From: Bdellovibrionales bacterium
GTDB lineage: Bacteria; Bdellovibrionota; Bdellovibrionia; Bdellovibrionales; DASUEL01
DNA length: 54,918 nt
Reading direction: 5' to 3'
Assembly (NCBI GenBank): GCA_050250255.1
Contig: JBFWOZ010000017.1
Span: forward strand, 1 to 54,918
Shown: positions 1 through 9,866 of the stretch, in pieces
Numbering within the stretch: position 1 is the first letter of the stretch
How the letters are laid out: each line of letters starts with the position of its first letter
Program-made: the position numbers and the translations under genes
Notes under the pieces: generated by a model
Database searches by the model: none
Told to the model about the DNA's origin: nothing
Seen by the model: the letters and a program-made list of their open reading frames with translations, nothing else

Positions 1-1
1 G

Positions 2-736
2 TGGACCTTAAAATGGCTCACTTATGACAATAAACGGGTACTAGGTTTTTGTTTTGGACCACATGAATCCGCTTTTTCCATTTTGTCCGCTTGGGTTTAT
101 CTAAATGAATCAGGGTTTAAAAATAAAATACTGGGTCTCGCGGCTACGTTTTTAGCTTTTTGGGCCATTTTTGAATCGGCCACTTTTATTATCTTAATTA
201 TTTTATGTTTGTATGGTGCTTACAAATACAGAAGTTATCTTTACTTTGAGAAGTTCAAAAAAAGCTGGCCTATGGTTTTGACGGCTTTTCTCGCGTTGGC
301 AGGATTTTTCTTCACTTCACCATTTATGGCGCGCATCGATATCTATCAAAGGCATTGGCTCCATTACTACGAGACATTGGCCCCCGGATTTGAGGAGTGT
401 CATGCTATGCAGGTGTTGGGATTAGCTTATGAGGGGATGAATTGTACCGTTCCAGAAGTGAAAGTTCTCTCTCCTATGTTTGTGTACGGCCCTTTTTCAT
501 TGCTACCTTATTATTTGTTAGTACTTTTGCCGCTGCTTCGCTACTGGCGGCCATGGAAAATTGGAGAGTCCGATAAACCTTTTTTTGCGACCTATGTTGT
601 ACTGATCCTCTCACTCTCTCACTATCCTGCCATCGAGAAGTGGGGACAAAACTTCTTTTTCTTTCTACTCGTAGCCCAGTTGTCGCAACCTTTTTTTCAA
701 AAGGCATTACATCAAAATAAAATAATCACCGAGTAG
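2..736 (+). CDS. Polytopic membrane protein, O-antigen polymerase/ligase (Wzy/WaaL)-like; 5' end lies outside the window
   Basis: Frame is open from base 2 (WTLKWLTYDNKRVLGFCFGPHESAF...) into the 83..736 ORF. Many hydrophobic segments; R-x-x-G-F...P motif reminiscent of Wzy/WaaL; glycan-locus context. Confidence 0.5.
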   Translation, partial: WTLKWLTYDNKRVLGFCFGPHESAFSILSAWVYLNESGFKNKILGLAATFLAFWAIFESATFIILIILCLYGAYKYRSYLYFEKFKKSWPMVLTAFLALAGFFFTSPFMARIDIYQRHWLHYYETLAPGFEECHAMQVLGLAYEGMNCTVPEVKVLSPMFVYGPFSLLPYYLLVLLPLLRYWRPWKIGESDKPFFATYVVLILSLSHYPAIEKWGQNFFFFLLVAQLSQPFFQKALHQNKIITE

Positions 737-1666
737 TGAGTACTCTTGGCCATTCAATCCTTTTTTAAAATGAGTGATTCCCGGATTGTTTTTCTCATCG
801 AGACCGCCAAGATCGAGATGCTGCAGCCCTTTTTTCGAGAGATGCAAAATTGCATTCCAAAGAAGAAGATTCGTAATTCCGGTGAGCTTCTTGTTAGAAG
901 AAGTTTTACTCTGGTGAACGCCCACCAAATAGGTAGCGGTACTGCCGTGTTCGGCTAAAAAGACACCGGCAAAAGGTGTTTGTTCCTCTGGTAAAGAGAC
1001 TGTGACCAGAGTGAAGTGTGGGCCCAACTGTTTTTTGAGTTCACGCAGAGTGGGTGCCGAAATCCCCGAAAACTTCTTCTCTAACATACTTTGTTCGTAG
1101 GCTTTCACGAGCCATTCGAATTGCTCGTCTGAGGAATTGATCTGTACAGAAAGGGGAGTCTTCTCGGCTGCATTCAATTGGTTGCGCCATTTGCCTGCTA
1201 ATTTTTTTCGAAGTAGTTCGGTGTCTTCGCGAAGATCAAGAAGGGCAGAGGTGAATCCCGCCTGCCGACGCAATAACCATTTTTTCGAATCCGCTAAAAT
1301 GTTTTGAGACTTGGGAGTTTCCTGGAGCTCGGGAGCAAAAAAAGTGGGTTGTCCGTGTAGGGGGCCAAATTTTTTAAGTAACTCTTGGTAGCAGGCTTTC
1401 ATTTCGGTTTCGGTCACGTCTTGAGGGATAAACAAGGGGCCTCGGTTAATCCGCACAAGTTGTAGCTTATGGAAAATCTTTTTCGTGAGAACTTGTACGA
1501 GAGCGAGATGTCTCTCTTTTGAAGAAAGAAGATAACGGTCCGCCTTCCAAGACTCGGCGTTTTTCTTGGCTTCGCCGTAAGCCCAACTTTGTAGAAGATT
1601 ACTTGCAGGAATCTGACGAAAATAAAGATCCCAAGTTTTTTGATCAAGTAAAGAGAGTTGAATCAT
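707..1666 (-). CDS. FemAB/FemX-like GNAT-fold (aminoacyl/acyl) transferase
   Basis: Motifs LLQSWAYGEAK, RINRGPL, KWRNQLNAAEK, NLLLWNAI and LDLGG...GITHFKKGLNG typical of the FemABX/GNAT-like family. Confidence 0.8.
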   Translation of the reverse strand: MIQLSLLDQKTWDLYFRQIPASNLLQSWAYGEAKKNAESWKADRYLLSSKERHLALVQVLTKKIFHKLQLVRINRGPLFIPQDVTETEMKACYQELLKKFGPLHGQPTFFAPELQETPKSQNILADSKKWLLRRQAGFTSALLDLREDTELLRKKLAGKWRNQLNAAEKTPLSVQINSSDEQFEWLVKAYEQSMLEKKFSGISAPTLRELKKQLGPHFTLVTVSLPEEQTPFAGVFLAEHGSTATYLVGVHQSKTSSNKKLTGITNLLLWNAILHLSKKGLQHLDLGGLDEKNNPGITHFKKGLNGQEYSLLGDYFILM

Positions 1667-2517
1667 AAGCTTTGTGAACTCTGCTCATCCATCTGATGAA
1701 GCTTTTTACGAGCCAAACTGTAGTAAGGATCCAGCGCACCCAATACGATCATTTCGTTGAAGGAATGTTCGTCATTTAAAGACATGGATTCTCTGGTGAG
1801 GGCATAAGGAGAATCTCCCGGTGAGACCCATCCGCGTACTCCTGCGAAGCATTTTTTGTAACTCTTTTTTATTTCTTGGAGTGCTCGGGCATTGATGCTT
1901 CCGATATCACCAAAAGGGTAGGCAAACCATTCGGGCTTAGAACCAATTTGTGTTTCAATGCTGTCCGCAGAGCTTTGGAGCTCTAAAAGAAACTCTTTTG
2001 TGTCGGTGAGAGTATTCATGCGTGCGTGGTTTCCGGTATGACTTGCGATTTTATGTCCGAGGCGATGTAATTCACGCACTTCGTCCCAAGTCATTGCGAG
2101 AAAGTGCTCATCCCAAGCTTTCAATGGCACTTGAATGTTGTTTTTCACAAATTGAAAAGACTCTTTAGCATCAAGATCCATGAAGTTGGTGCTAATAAAA
2201 AATACGGATTTGATATTTTTCGGTTCGAGCACTTTCATTGCGGCTTCGAAGCTTGATTTATAGCCATCATCGAAAGTGACCAGAAGACTTGGACGCTCTA
2301 ACTTTTTTTGCCCATCGACCACTTGTTCAAACTCTTCAGGTGTAAGGAAGCTGTAATCTTTTATGAGCGAAGTGATGAGTTCCTCAAAACGCGTAAGATT
2401 TGTGATTTCATGAAAAAGTAAAACTCTTAAAGGCTTAGCGGCAAAGGCTTTCTGCTGTACACGCTGGTAAAGCTTTAAAAATGGGTAGAGTTTCAGCATC
2501 TGCTGACGAAGTTTCAT
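1663..2517 (-). CDS. Polysaccharide deacetylase (NodB/CE4 family)
   Basis: TFDDGY, SHTGNH and FAYPFG CE4 motifs; ATGA-type overlap with the downstream gene. Confidence 0.9.
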   Translation of the reverse strand: MKLRQQMLKLYPFLKLYQRVQQKAFAAKPLRVLLFHEITNLTRFEELITSLIKDYSFLTPEEFEQVVDGQKKLERPSLLVTFDDGYKSSFEAAMKVLEPKNIKSVFFISTNFMDLDAKESFQFVKNNIQVPLKAWDEHFLAMTWDEVRELHRLGHKIASHTGNHARMNTLTDTKEFLLELQSSADSIETQIGSKPEWFAYPFGDIGSINARALQEIKKSYKKCFAGVRGWVSPGDSPYALTRESMSLNDEHSFNEMIVLGALDPYYSLARKKLHQMDEQSSQSL

Positions 2518-2588
2518 ACCATCACTAAAAGCACAAGGAGAGGCCTTGAGAAAATGAAATTGTCACGAACGACGTGGCGCATTGCGAA

Positions 2589-4400
2589 TTAGGGGTAAAA
2601 GCCTAATTTCATCCAGTAGTTGGGAATGAGCATCGTCATGATCGCCACGATCTGAACCGTCATCGCCACAACCATGAGAGTTCGAAGGTGTTTTGTGTCC
2701 GAAGAGCCCCACAGGCTGACTGCGAAGAAAAAAGCCCCCCAAAACGGATAGGTGTAGCGGGGGAAAACCCAAAGCATATCGTTGAGGATCGCCCCGGCAA
2801 AAAAGAGTCCTCCCGGAATGGATATTACGAGAAGAAGTAGAAAGCTCGTCGAAGCTTCTTTGTAGTGGCGTGAGATAAAGCGTAGAGCCATCCCCCCCAC
2901 TAAAAAGAGAAGCACGAATTGCATGTACATGAGAGGGGGAATCAGCGCCGCTTTATTGGTGATCAGAGTGCCTGAAAGTGTGCGGATCATTGTCGAAAGA
3001 AGCTTTCCGTAATCGGTATGTGCAAGATTCGTGAAAAGGTCTGAAAAATTCTTCACTGGATGGGGGAGACCTTGAAACCACTCCATCAACTGATCGTTTG
3101 AAACGTACAAAATAAGAAACCCACAAACGAGAGCCACAGTTTTAAAGAGCCAATTTGTTTTTTTAGAACGGCCCTGCAACGCGAAAATCAAAAATGCACA
3201 TAGAACAGGATAAAAAATCAGAATTCTTTTGTAATCAGGAGTGTCGATCTTGCTGATAAGATGATTCGCTAAAGGGAGAGAGGCAAGAGTCAAAAGAAAC
3301 GCGAGCCACGGACGGCGGCTCAAAGCAAAATGTAAAAACACAATCACAAGTCCGGTACTCGAAAACAGATAGAAGTCTGTGCCAACTCCCATCGTATGAG
3401 GTAAGAAATAATATGGGACGAGAAGAGAGAGAAGAGCTGCGCCAAAGACTTTCCAAAATGAAAGTGTGTAATACCAAGAGGCATAAAGAGCCATCACAAA
3501 AATAAAAAAGAAAATATTGATCTGGTTAAAGGCTTTTCCGAGGGCTTCGGTTTTAAAAGGATCCGCGTTGTTGATGAGTCTTCGGTGCCACCATACAAGG
3601 ACATCGTGTACGGGTGAAACACTGTAAGGGCATTGTTCAAGACTCAGACTTGGGTCGGCAAGTTCTTGGGGACAGAAACTTTTTTGAGAGCGGTAATGTT
3701 GGATCTGTTCTGTGGAGAGCCCATTGAGCTCCATGTAGTGACTGTCTTTAATCAAACGTGTGGATTCGACGAAGGTGGTTGGGAGATCTGTGCCTGAAAC
3801 TCGGTAGAGCATTCCCGGAAAGTGAGTGATGTCATCAAAGCCCGACATCGGAGGGCTCAAGAGCCAGACTTGAGCCAGAGCCACAGTAAATCCCAAATAA
3901 AGAAGCGCAGAATGAGCGAATTTTAAAAAACCAAACAAACAAAGTGCCATGACAAGAAGTCCAAGACCCACAAAGAGGAAACGTTGATCGCCATGTCTAA
4001 TGGCCTTCGTGAGAAAATCCACACTGGTCTGTCGATACTCCACACGAACTTCTTTTAAATCGGGAAGTGACGAGGAGGTCTCCGTCAGGATTTGGTAACG
4101 GCCTGGAGGCAGCTCTTCGAGGCGACCCATTAAAAAATTCTTGGAATTAAAATCTGTAACTGTTGGGTCCACAGAAGTTTTTAAAACGGGCGCACCTTCT
4201 CGAAAAAGAACTAAGACGAGAAAGGCCGGAGATGTGCGGAACTCGAGAAAAATTTTAGGTGAAGGAAGGTGAGTCGTGATTTCAAACGAGGGGGCTGAAC
4301 TCTCTACGAGCGAATCAAACTTTAAAGTGCGGTGATTCGCATAAACGACGACAAAAACGAGGAAAAGAGTAGGAATGACGTACTTCAGAAGTTTGAACAC
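2589..4400 (-). CDS. Large polytopic membrane protein, putative GT-C-type glycosyltransferase
   Basis: 603 aa with many TM segments; periplasmic-loop acidic motif PPMSGFDDITH after an early TM; co-transcribed with a polyprenol-P GT2 and DUF2304-like gene. Start is GTG. Confidence 0.5.
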   Translation of the reverse strand: MFKLLKYVIPTLFLVFVVVYANHRTLKFDSLVESSAPSFEITTHLPSPKIFLEFRTSPAFLVLVLFREGAPVLKTSVDPTVTDFNSKNFLMGRLEELPPGRYQILTETSSSLPDLKEVRVEYRQTSVDFLTKAIRHGDQRFLFVGLGLLVMALCLFGFLKFAHSALLYLGFTVALAQVWLLSPPMSGFDDITHFPGMLYRVSGTDLPTTFVESTRLIKDSHYMELNGLSTEQIQHYRSQKSFCPQELADPSLSLEQCPYSVSPVHDVLVWWHRRLINNADPFKTEALGKAFNQINIFFFIFVMALYASWYYTLSFWKVFGAALLSLLVPYYFLPHTMGVGTDFYLFSSTGLVIVFLHFALSRRPWLAFLLTLASLPLANHLISKIDTPDYKRILIFYPVLCAFLIFALQGRSKKTNWLFKTVALVCGFLILYVSNDQLMEWFQGLPHPVKNFSDLFTNLAHTDYGKLLSTMIRTLSGTLITNKAALIPPLMYMQFVLLFLVGGMALRFISRHYKEASTSFLLLLVISIPGGLFFAGAILNDMLWVFPRYTYPFWGAFFFAVSLWGSSDTKHLRTLMVVAMTVQIVAIMTMLIPNYWMKLGFYP

Positions 4401-4401
4401 A

Positions 4402-4869
4402 CTAAGGATTGGCAGAAGGTGGGTGTTGGGAGGAGAAATTCGGGACGACTCGCTCCTCAGACAGACCGGCGCGAATCTCTCGTGTGAGAGAAATTTCTTT
4501 CGCGGCCGCTTGGCGAAGAAGTTTTTCTAAACGTGTTTCGGCCATGGCCATCTCTTGAGTCAAAGTGATGAGGCGATTTTCTGACTTTTTAATACGTGAA
4601 GCGACAGAGAAGAGGTACACGAAAGAAATCAAATGAAGAGTCCCGAACAGCCAAAGAAAGGGAAGCTGCACGCCGATGATCTCGGTGATTTTTAAAGAGA
4701 CCGCCGGGAAGAGAACAAAAATCAAAGGAAAGGTGGCCACACTTCCGAGCATCACCAGATCGTAGAGGTCTAAACGATCTTTTTGGGCGCGGCGAATGAG
4801 GAAAATAAAATACAGCGCAAAGAAGGCGATGAGAACGAGCTTGATTTCGGGTGTTGCAAAATGTCTCAT
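4402..4869 (-). CDS. DUF2304-like small membrane protein
   Basis: Three TM segments then a coiled tail (RLITLTQEMA); directly downstream of a DPM-synthase-like GT2, the usual pairing for this family. Confidence 0.7.
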   Translation of the reverse strand: MRHFATPEIKLVLIAFFALYFIFLIRRAQKDRLDLYDLVMLGSVATFPLIFVLFPAVSLKITEIIGVQLPFLWLFGTLHLISFVYLFSVASRIKKSENRLITLTQEMAMAETRLEKLLRQAAAKEISLTREIRAGLSEERVVPNFSSQHPPSANP

Positions 4870-5579
4870 GCGATCTTTGATTCCTCTCGAATGGTTGAGA
4901 TGAGAAACAAGTGGCCGATCACGCGTAACATGTAAAGAGCGGTTTTAATTCCGGCAATGGAACTCACACCATGAGTGCGGTCTCGCATTGCCGTAGGCGT
5001 CTCTGAAACTTTGAGACCAAAACGATTGATGATCGCGTAAGACACCGGCTCTGGAAAATCATGAGGGTAAAAACGAGAAAAAGTTTGAAGCGCTTTTTTA
5101 TCCATAAGGCGAAAGCCGCTGGTAGGGTCTGACACCTGAAGGCCCGTGAGTTTTTGAATGAAAAACCGAATACAGGAAATTCCAATTCGGCGTGCCCATG
5201 TGGACTGATAGCCTTTACTTTCAAGAAAACGACTACCTACTACCACATTCGCGTGCGTTTGTTTGTAATGCGAAACGAGTTTCGCGATCATTTCGGGCGG
5301 GTGCTGACCATCGCCATCGAGTTGAATCGCAAAATCATAGTTCTCGCGAAAAGCCCATTTGATCCCGGTCTGTACGGCTCCACCAATTCCTAAATTTTCG
5401 GGAAGTCGCAAAAGATGAACGGGTAAATTTTGAGCGATTCGAGCCGTGGCATCTGTTGAACCATCGTCCACGATCACGACATCAGCGGGGAGTTTGAGGC
5501 TTTGAATATTTTGAATGAGCGATTCCAATCCGCTGGCTTCGTTGTAACAGGGAATGATGATGGCAAAACGCTCTGACAT
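4866..5579 (-). CDS. GT2 glycosyltransferase, polyprenol-phosphate glycosyltransferase (DPM synthase-like)
   Basis: IIIPCYNE, VDDGSTD, QLDGDGQHPP, VVGSRF and DPTSGFR motifs. Confidence 0.9.
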   Translation of the reverse strand: MSERFAIIIPCYNEASGLESLIQNIQSLKLPADVVIVDDGSTDATARIAQNLPVHLLRLPENLGIGGAVQTGIKWAFRENYDFAIQLDGDGQHPPEMIAKLVSHYKQTHANVVVGSRFLESKGYQSTWARRIGISCIRFFIQKLTGLQVSDPTSGFRLMDKKALQTFSRFYPHDFPEPVSYAIINRFGLKVSETPTAMRDRTHGVSSIAGIKTALYMLRVIGHLFLISTIREESKIA

Positions 5580-5689
5580 AAGCTTAGACGGAACAACTTT
5601 TTGGTACGCCTTGGCAACAAATTGGACTCCGCGTTGTGCGCCCTGATCAAAGGTGACAGAGGTAGGGAGCTAAGGGATAAAAACCCCTC

Positions 5690-7789
5690 GTGATACCAGT
5701 ATCTTTTCAAAAGAGATCCTCCCTCGGGTGGGTCTTTATTATTTTACTTCCCCTCTTGGGCCAAATTTTTGCTTCCTCCTATGTGTGGTCTTGGAGGCTC
5801 GTCGTTTTTTATTTAGGGGCATGGGTTCTTTTTGGTATACCGGGCTCTCTTTTTTTAAGACGTATTTTGCCGGATGTGGATTGGTCTTACCGAGCCTTTG
5901 CGGCACCCGCTTTTGGGTTAGTCGGTTTTTCAATCCTCGTGAGTGTTTACGCTCCACTGGGGGATCATTTCTATGCTTCCGTTCTTTTGGGAGTTTGGAT
6001 TTTGCTCACTTTTCTTGTGTTTATCTATGATCAAAAGCGTCCTCTGAAAGTCACATCGATTACGAGCTCTGATTGGAGTCGTATTTATATGGTGGGACTT
6101 CTCCTTGCTGTTTTTTGGTTTTTGATCAGCAAGTGGTACAACGCTTTACCTCATCACCACGCAGATGTGGATTCGCAGGCCTATACGGTTTTTGCTTACC
6201 TCATGGATAAGTTTCAAAGTTATAATCAGCTCGCCTTGAAGCGCTATTCGACAGCCGTGGGGTTCATTTATCCGCCCGCATTTTTTGGAACGGTGGCGGG
6301 AATTCTTGGGATCACCAAAATGGGTGCGGTGGAAGCCACAATCCTGATGGTGCAATACACTTTATTTTTGATTGCGGTTGCAAGCCTTCTCACTCTCGAT
6401 AGAGTTTTTAAAAATCATTGGATCACAGTCGCCGGATCTTACTTTGTGATCTCCTCTGGGTTTTGCACTCATATGTGGGGTGGTGGGTCGACCGATGCCA
6501 TGGGGCTTTATTCCATTTCGATCGGACTCTTTTTTGTTTCAACCTTGCAGCTGAATTGGAAAGAAGATTGTGGAAAGCTGTTAGCGCTAGGCCTTTCTTT
6601 GGGACTAGCCATGCTCTCCAATTCTATTTACTTTTTCTACTTTGGTTTTGGTCTGGTTGCTTCGACGCTTTTTTTGCCATTTCTACGCGTTCCCAAACTT
6701 TCATTTAAAAGCCGTTTTCTTTACCAAGTGAAGGCGGGCTTTCTTGTTGGTGTGGTATCGATCGCTACGATCGTTCCTTGGGTGATTGGGTTTGCGAATC
6801 CTTACGGTGAAACAACAACAGGCTACGAAACGACCATTGAAAACACGAGCCCTCTTCATGGGCCAGCCCTGCTTGTGGAACGTTTGCAGGCAAGAGGTTG
6901 GCGGCTCAGTATGGATGTCGTGATTGCAGGAGTGGGCTTGCTCACTCTCATTGCGTTTGGCACTTACACGAGTCTTGTGGCGGCAGGCTCACTCTTTTTT
7001 ATTTTTGTCCATTTGCAAGCCGATTGGATTGCGAAGTGGTTATGGCTTCCGGGTTATCACGTCACTCTCAAAGAAGCTTCGGCTTGGGTGCAGGTCCCTT
7101 ATATTTTTCGAAATCATGAGCCTTTTTATTTCTCTTGGATTTCGGTAGATGCATTTATGGCTCTTGCGGCCGCAAGCATCGCCTATTTCGTGATTCGTTT
7201 AGGCACACGCCTCATCGGGAAATGGGGAGTCGCTTTGCCTTTTGTTTGCGCTATTTTATTCGCGAGTGTGGTACCACAAAGATTTTGGGTTCAACCCTTT
7301 GTGAGCTATGCCGGTGCGCAAGTTTTTGAAGTACCTATGGATCTCGTTCAGTTTGTGCGCGAAAACACCGATCCCGAAAGCACCTTTATCATTACGCCAT
7401 TTTACATGGCTTCTTCTGTTGAAGGACAGCCTCGCATGTACGGTTGGGCTTGGCTCTCGCCGATGACTGAGAGAGAAGCTTTTGAAGATCGCACTTTTGC
7501 TTTTGTCAGATTCTGGAACGGTGTTGATGAGTTTAATAAGGCCATCAAATTGGATCCCAAGTTCCAAAGACTTTTAGAGCTTCATAAATATTTGTACTCT
7601 GCCAAATACACGACCGTACCCGAGGGAGAGTTTCAAAAAATAGGCGTCACCCATGCAGTGATCCCGCGAGCGATCTTTGACCGCGTGAAAGATCGAACAG
7701 ACATCGAAGTGATGTTCGAATACAAAGACTCCGTCGGTGGAGCGGGTCTACAAGACAAAGACGGCGGATATTTCATCCGTTTTAAATAA
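5690..7789 (+). CDS. Large polytopic membrane protein, putative GT-C-type glycosyltransferase
   Basis: 699 aa with about a dozen hydrophobic segments, acidic loop HADVDSQAY and YPPAF motif, soluble C-terminal domain. Divergent from the GT2 operon. Confidence 0.5.
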   Translation: MIPVSFQKRSSLGWVFIILLPLLGQIFASSYVWSWRLVVFYLGAWVLFGIPGSLFLRRILPDVDWSYRAFAAPAFGLVGFSILVSVYAPLGDHFYASVLLGVWILLTFLVFIYDQKRPLKVTSITSSDWSRIYMVGLLLAVFWFLISKWYNALPHHHADVDSQAYTVFAYLMDKFQSYNQLALKRYSTAVGFIYPPAFFGTVAGILGITKMGAVEATILMVQYTLFLIAVASLLTLDRVFKNHWITVAGSYFVISSGFCTHMWGGGSTDAMGLYSISIGLFFVSTLQLNWKEDCGKLLALGLSLGLAMLSNSIYFFYFGFGLVASTLFLPFLRVPKLSFKSRFLYQVKAGFLVGVVSIATIVPWVIGFANPYGETTTGYETTIENTSPLHGPALLVERLQARGWRLSMDVVIAGVGLLTLIAFGTYTSLVAAGSLFFIFVHLQADWIAKWLWLPGYHVTLKEASAWVQVPYIFRNHEPFYFSWISVDAFMALAAASIAYFVIRLGTRLIGKWGVALPFVCAILFASVVPQRFWVQPFVSYAGAQVFEVPMDLVQFVRENTDPESTFIITPFYMASSVEGQPRMYGWAWLSPMTEREAFEDRTFAFVRFWNGVDEFNKAIKLDPKFQRLLELHKYLYSAKYTTVPEGEFQKIGVTHAVIPRAIFDRVKDRTDIEVMFEYKDSVGGAGLQDKDGGYFIRFK

Positions 7790-8674
7790 TTATTTTTCTA
7801 AACGATACACATGCATGATGATGTCTTGAGGTAAAAGACGCATCACGGGCGCAAGAAGCGCGAGTACGAGCCATTGGGCGGCTAACACCACTGGTGATTG
7901 TTTTTTTGTCATCGCAAGCCGATTCCATAAACCCTTCACCTCAAAGGCGGGGAGAGTGGTCTTCTTCACAAGTCGAAACCCGGATTGAACCAGAAGCTGC
8001 TCGAGATTTTTGTCATGGAAATAAGTGACATGAGGACTATGAAACTGTTTTTGCCAAAGGCGTTCGTAAGGCCCATGAAGTCCAAAGCGTGAAAGCACAG
8101 TCGCGAGCCGATAAAAAAAGCCACGGCTTGAGGGCAGAACCAACACGAGATGCCCACCGGTCGAAAGATGTTTTCGAGTGGCTTCCACCGCTTCTTTCAC
8201 CGCGGGAATATGCTCGAGCACATCATTAAAAGTGAGAACATCAAAAGTTGAGTCAGCATTAAGACAATCAGGAAAAAGACCGTTGATGACTTGAAGACCT
8301 TTAGAGCGGGCTTTCTCGGCAATCGGAGCTTCCGGTTCAATCCCTGTTGGTAAAAGAGAATAACCTTTTGAGGCTTCTAAAAACCAACCGTAACCACAGC
8401 CCACATCCAGCAAAGACTTCCCTTTAAGCGGAGTGATTTCATTTACAATGTTAAGAATATTTCGCGCGTAGGTTTTACGAAGTTCGCCGATGGCCTGAAA
8501 ACGCTGAGCCTCATCGAGATCGCTGCTCTTTTCTTCCCAAACAGCCTCATTCCAAAGTGTGGAGCGAAAAACTTCGCACTGAGGACACTTCGACACCCAA
8601 GGCACATGTTGGGTTTTTGGTGCGTGTCCGCAGACCACGCATGAGAGTTCGATTGAGAGATTTTCTTGGGCCAT
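7790..8674 (-). CDS. Class I SAM-dependent methyltransferase with N-terminal Cys cluster
   Basis: CVVCG...CPQC N-terminus; LLDVGCGYG motif I; DVLEHI motif. Confidence 0.9.
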   Translation of the reverse strand: MAQENLSIELSCVVCGHAPKTQHVPWVSKCPQCEVFRSTLWNEAVWEEKSSDLDEAQRFQAIGELRKTYARNILNIVNEITPLKGKSLLDVGCGYGWFLEASKGYSLLPTGIEPEAPIAEKARSKGLQVINGLFPDCLNADSTFDVLTFNDVLEHIPAVKEAVEATRKHLSTGGHLVLVLPSSRGFFYRLATVLSRFGLHGPYERLWQKQFHSPHVTYFHDKNLEQLLVQSGFRLVKKTTLPAFEVKGLWNRLAMTKKQSPVVLAAQWLVLALLAPVMRLLPQDIIMHVYRLEK

Positions 8675-8715
8675 GACCCAAGAAAATCCATTTTGAGAGT
8701 GCTGTCAAGGGAGCC

Positions 8716-9522
8716 TTAATTAATTTTATAGACTTCCCAGTGAATGTCGCGATTACCAAGTCCTTCATCGGTTAAAAGTGAGGAGTTGGTCACTGTTCCA
8801 TTTGTGTCTTGAACGTAAAAAAGACGAAGAGTTTTCTTGCCAGTAGTGGTGAAACGAAAAGCTCCGCAAACTTGGAAAGGCGTTTGGTGAGTAGAGTTGG
8901 CAACCGCATAGGTATCGTCAATACGTGTATTGCCTGTGGCAGAAATAGATTGAGAGGCATTTGGTGTTTCAACAATTTGAAACACTGTGCCTGCGCTACC
9001 GCCTGCGCCGGTATCAATATTATGAGTGAAGCTTACACATGCTCGGTAAGTTCCTGGAAAAGGGATCTCGAAGGCTACGCCGACAGATTCGTCACCCGCT
9101 GCACAGGTAAGTCCCGTGGAATCGTTGGTGCTAGAGCAAGGAATGAGTGCTGTCGCACTATCACCATTTAGAGTCATTTCGAGCGTGCTATTGCTCATTC
9201 CTGTATAGGAACTCACGTCAGCTGTACCCAGAGAAATATTCCCGAGAGATGAGTCATTAATATTAGCATCAATGAACCAGGCGGCATCATTTAATGTGCT
9301 CGAGAGATATACCCATGAGCCATCTGCAGCACGTCCCCGAAAAGCGCCGGACGCTGAATCAAAAATAATAGAGCCAATAGGCGATGACCCTAAATCTCCA
9401 GTCCCTGCGTGAGAAGGGGCTATGAGTTCCATAAGATTTTCCAAGAGATTTTTATCAGTCGAATATCCAATGATTGGAAGAGCAACCAGTAAAGCACAAA
9501 CAAATAACATTAATTTTTTCAC
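8716..9522 (-). CDS. Secreted Ser/Thr/Gly-rich beta-rich protein, possible fibre/adhesin with C1q/BclA-like C-terminal domain
   Basis: Signal peptide MKKLMLFVCALLVALPIIGYS; strong SD AAGGAGGA before GTG start; C-terminal FEIPFPGTYRACVSF pattern. Function is inferred. Confidence 0.5.
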   Translation of the reverse strand: MKKLMLFVCALLVALPIIGYSTDKNLLENLMELIAPSHAGTGDLGSSPIGSIIFDSASGAFRGRAADGSWVYLSSTLNDAAWFIDANINDSSLGNISLGTADVSSYTGMSNSTLEMTLNGDSATALIPCSSTNDSTGLTCAAGDESVGVAFEIPFPGTYRACVSFTHNIDTGAGGSAGTVFQIVETPNASQSISATGNTRIDDTYAVANSTHQTPFQVCGAFRFTTTGKKTLRLFYVQDTNGTVTNSSLLTDEGLGNRDIHWEVYKIN

Positions 9523-9830
9523 AAATCCTCCTTATTGATTTAGTGAATATTGTTTTTGGACTTCCAAGATTGTGCGACGACAAAACATATGTAAATTAAA
9601 TTAATTTATTAAATTTAAAACTCGACATTAGTAGAACTGCATCGTGTTGCTTGTGGTGCGACATAAACATAATTAGATTAGTGGTGTATACTTTGAACAA
9701 ACTTGAAGTTTATACAAAACAAACTACTTACTTTTCGTTGAACGACCCTAACGGTACGGGGTTGGTCGGGCAGATAAGAAAAAATGCTCTATAACACTGC
9801 TAGTCAATGGCTTTTACATCATGCGTAGTA

Positions 9831-9859
9831 TTGACCGATGAAATTGATGGGTCTACTTT
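9831..9859 (+). promoter_or_regulatory. Sigma70-like promoter, probably giving a leaderless mRNA
   Basis: TTGACC(9831-36)-17 bp-TACTTT(9854-59), then 7 nt to ATG 9867; no SD. Confidence 0.55.
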
Positions 9860-9866
9860 GTTCACC

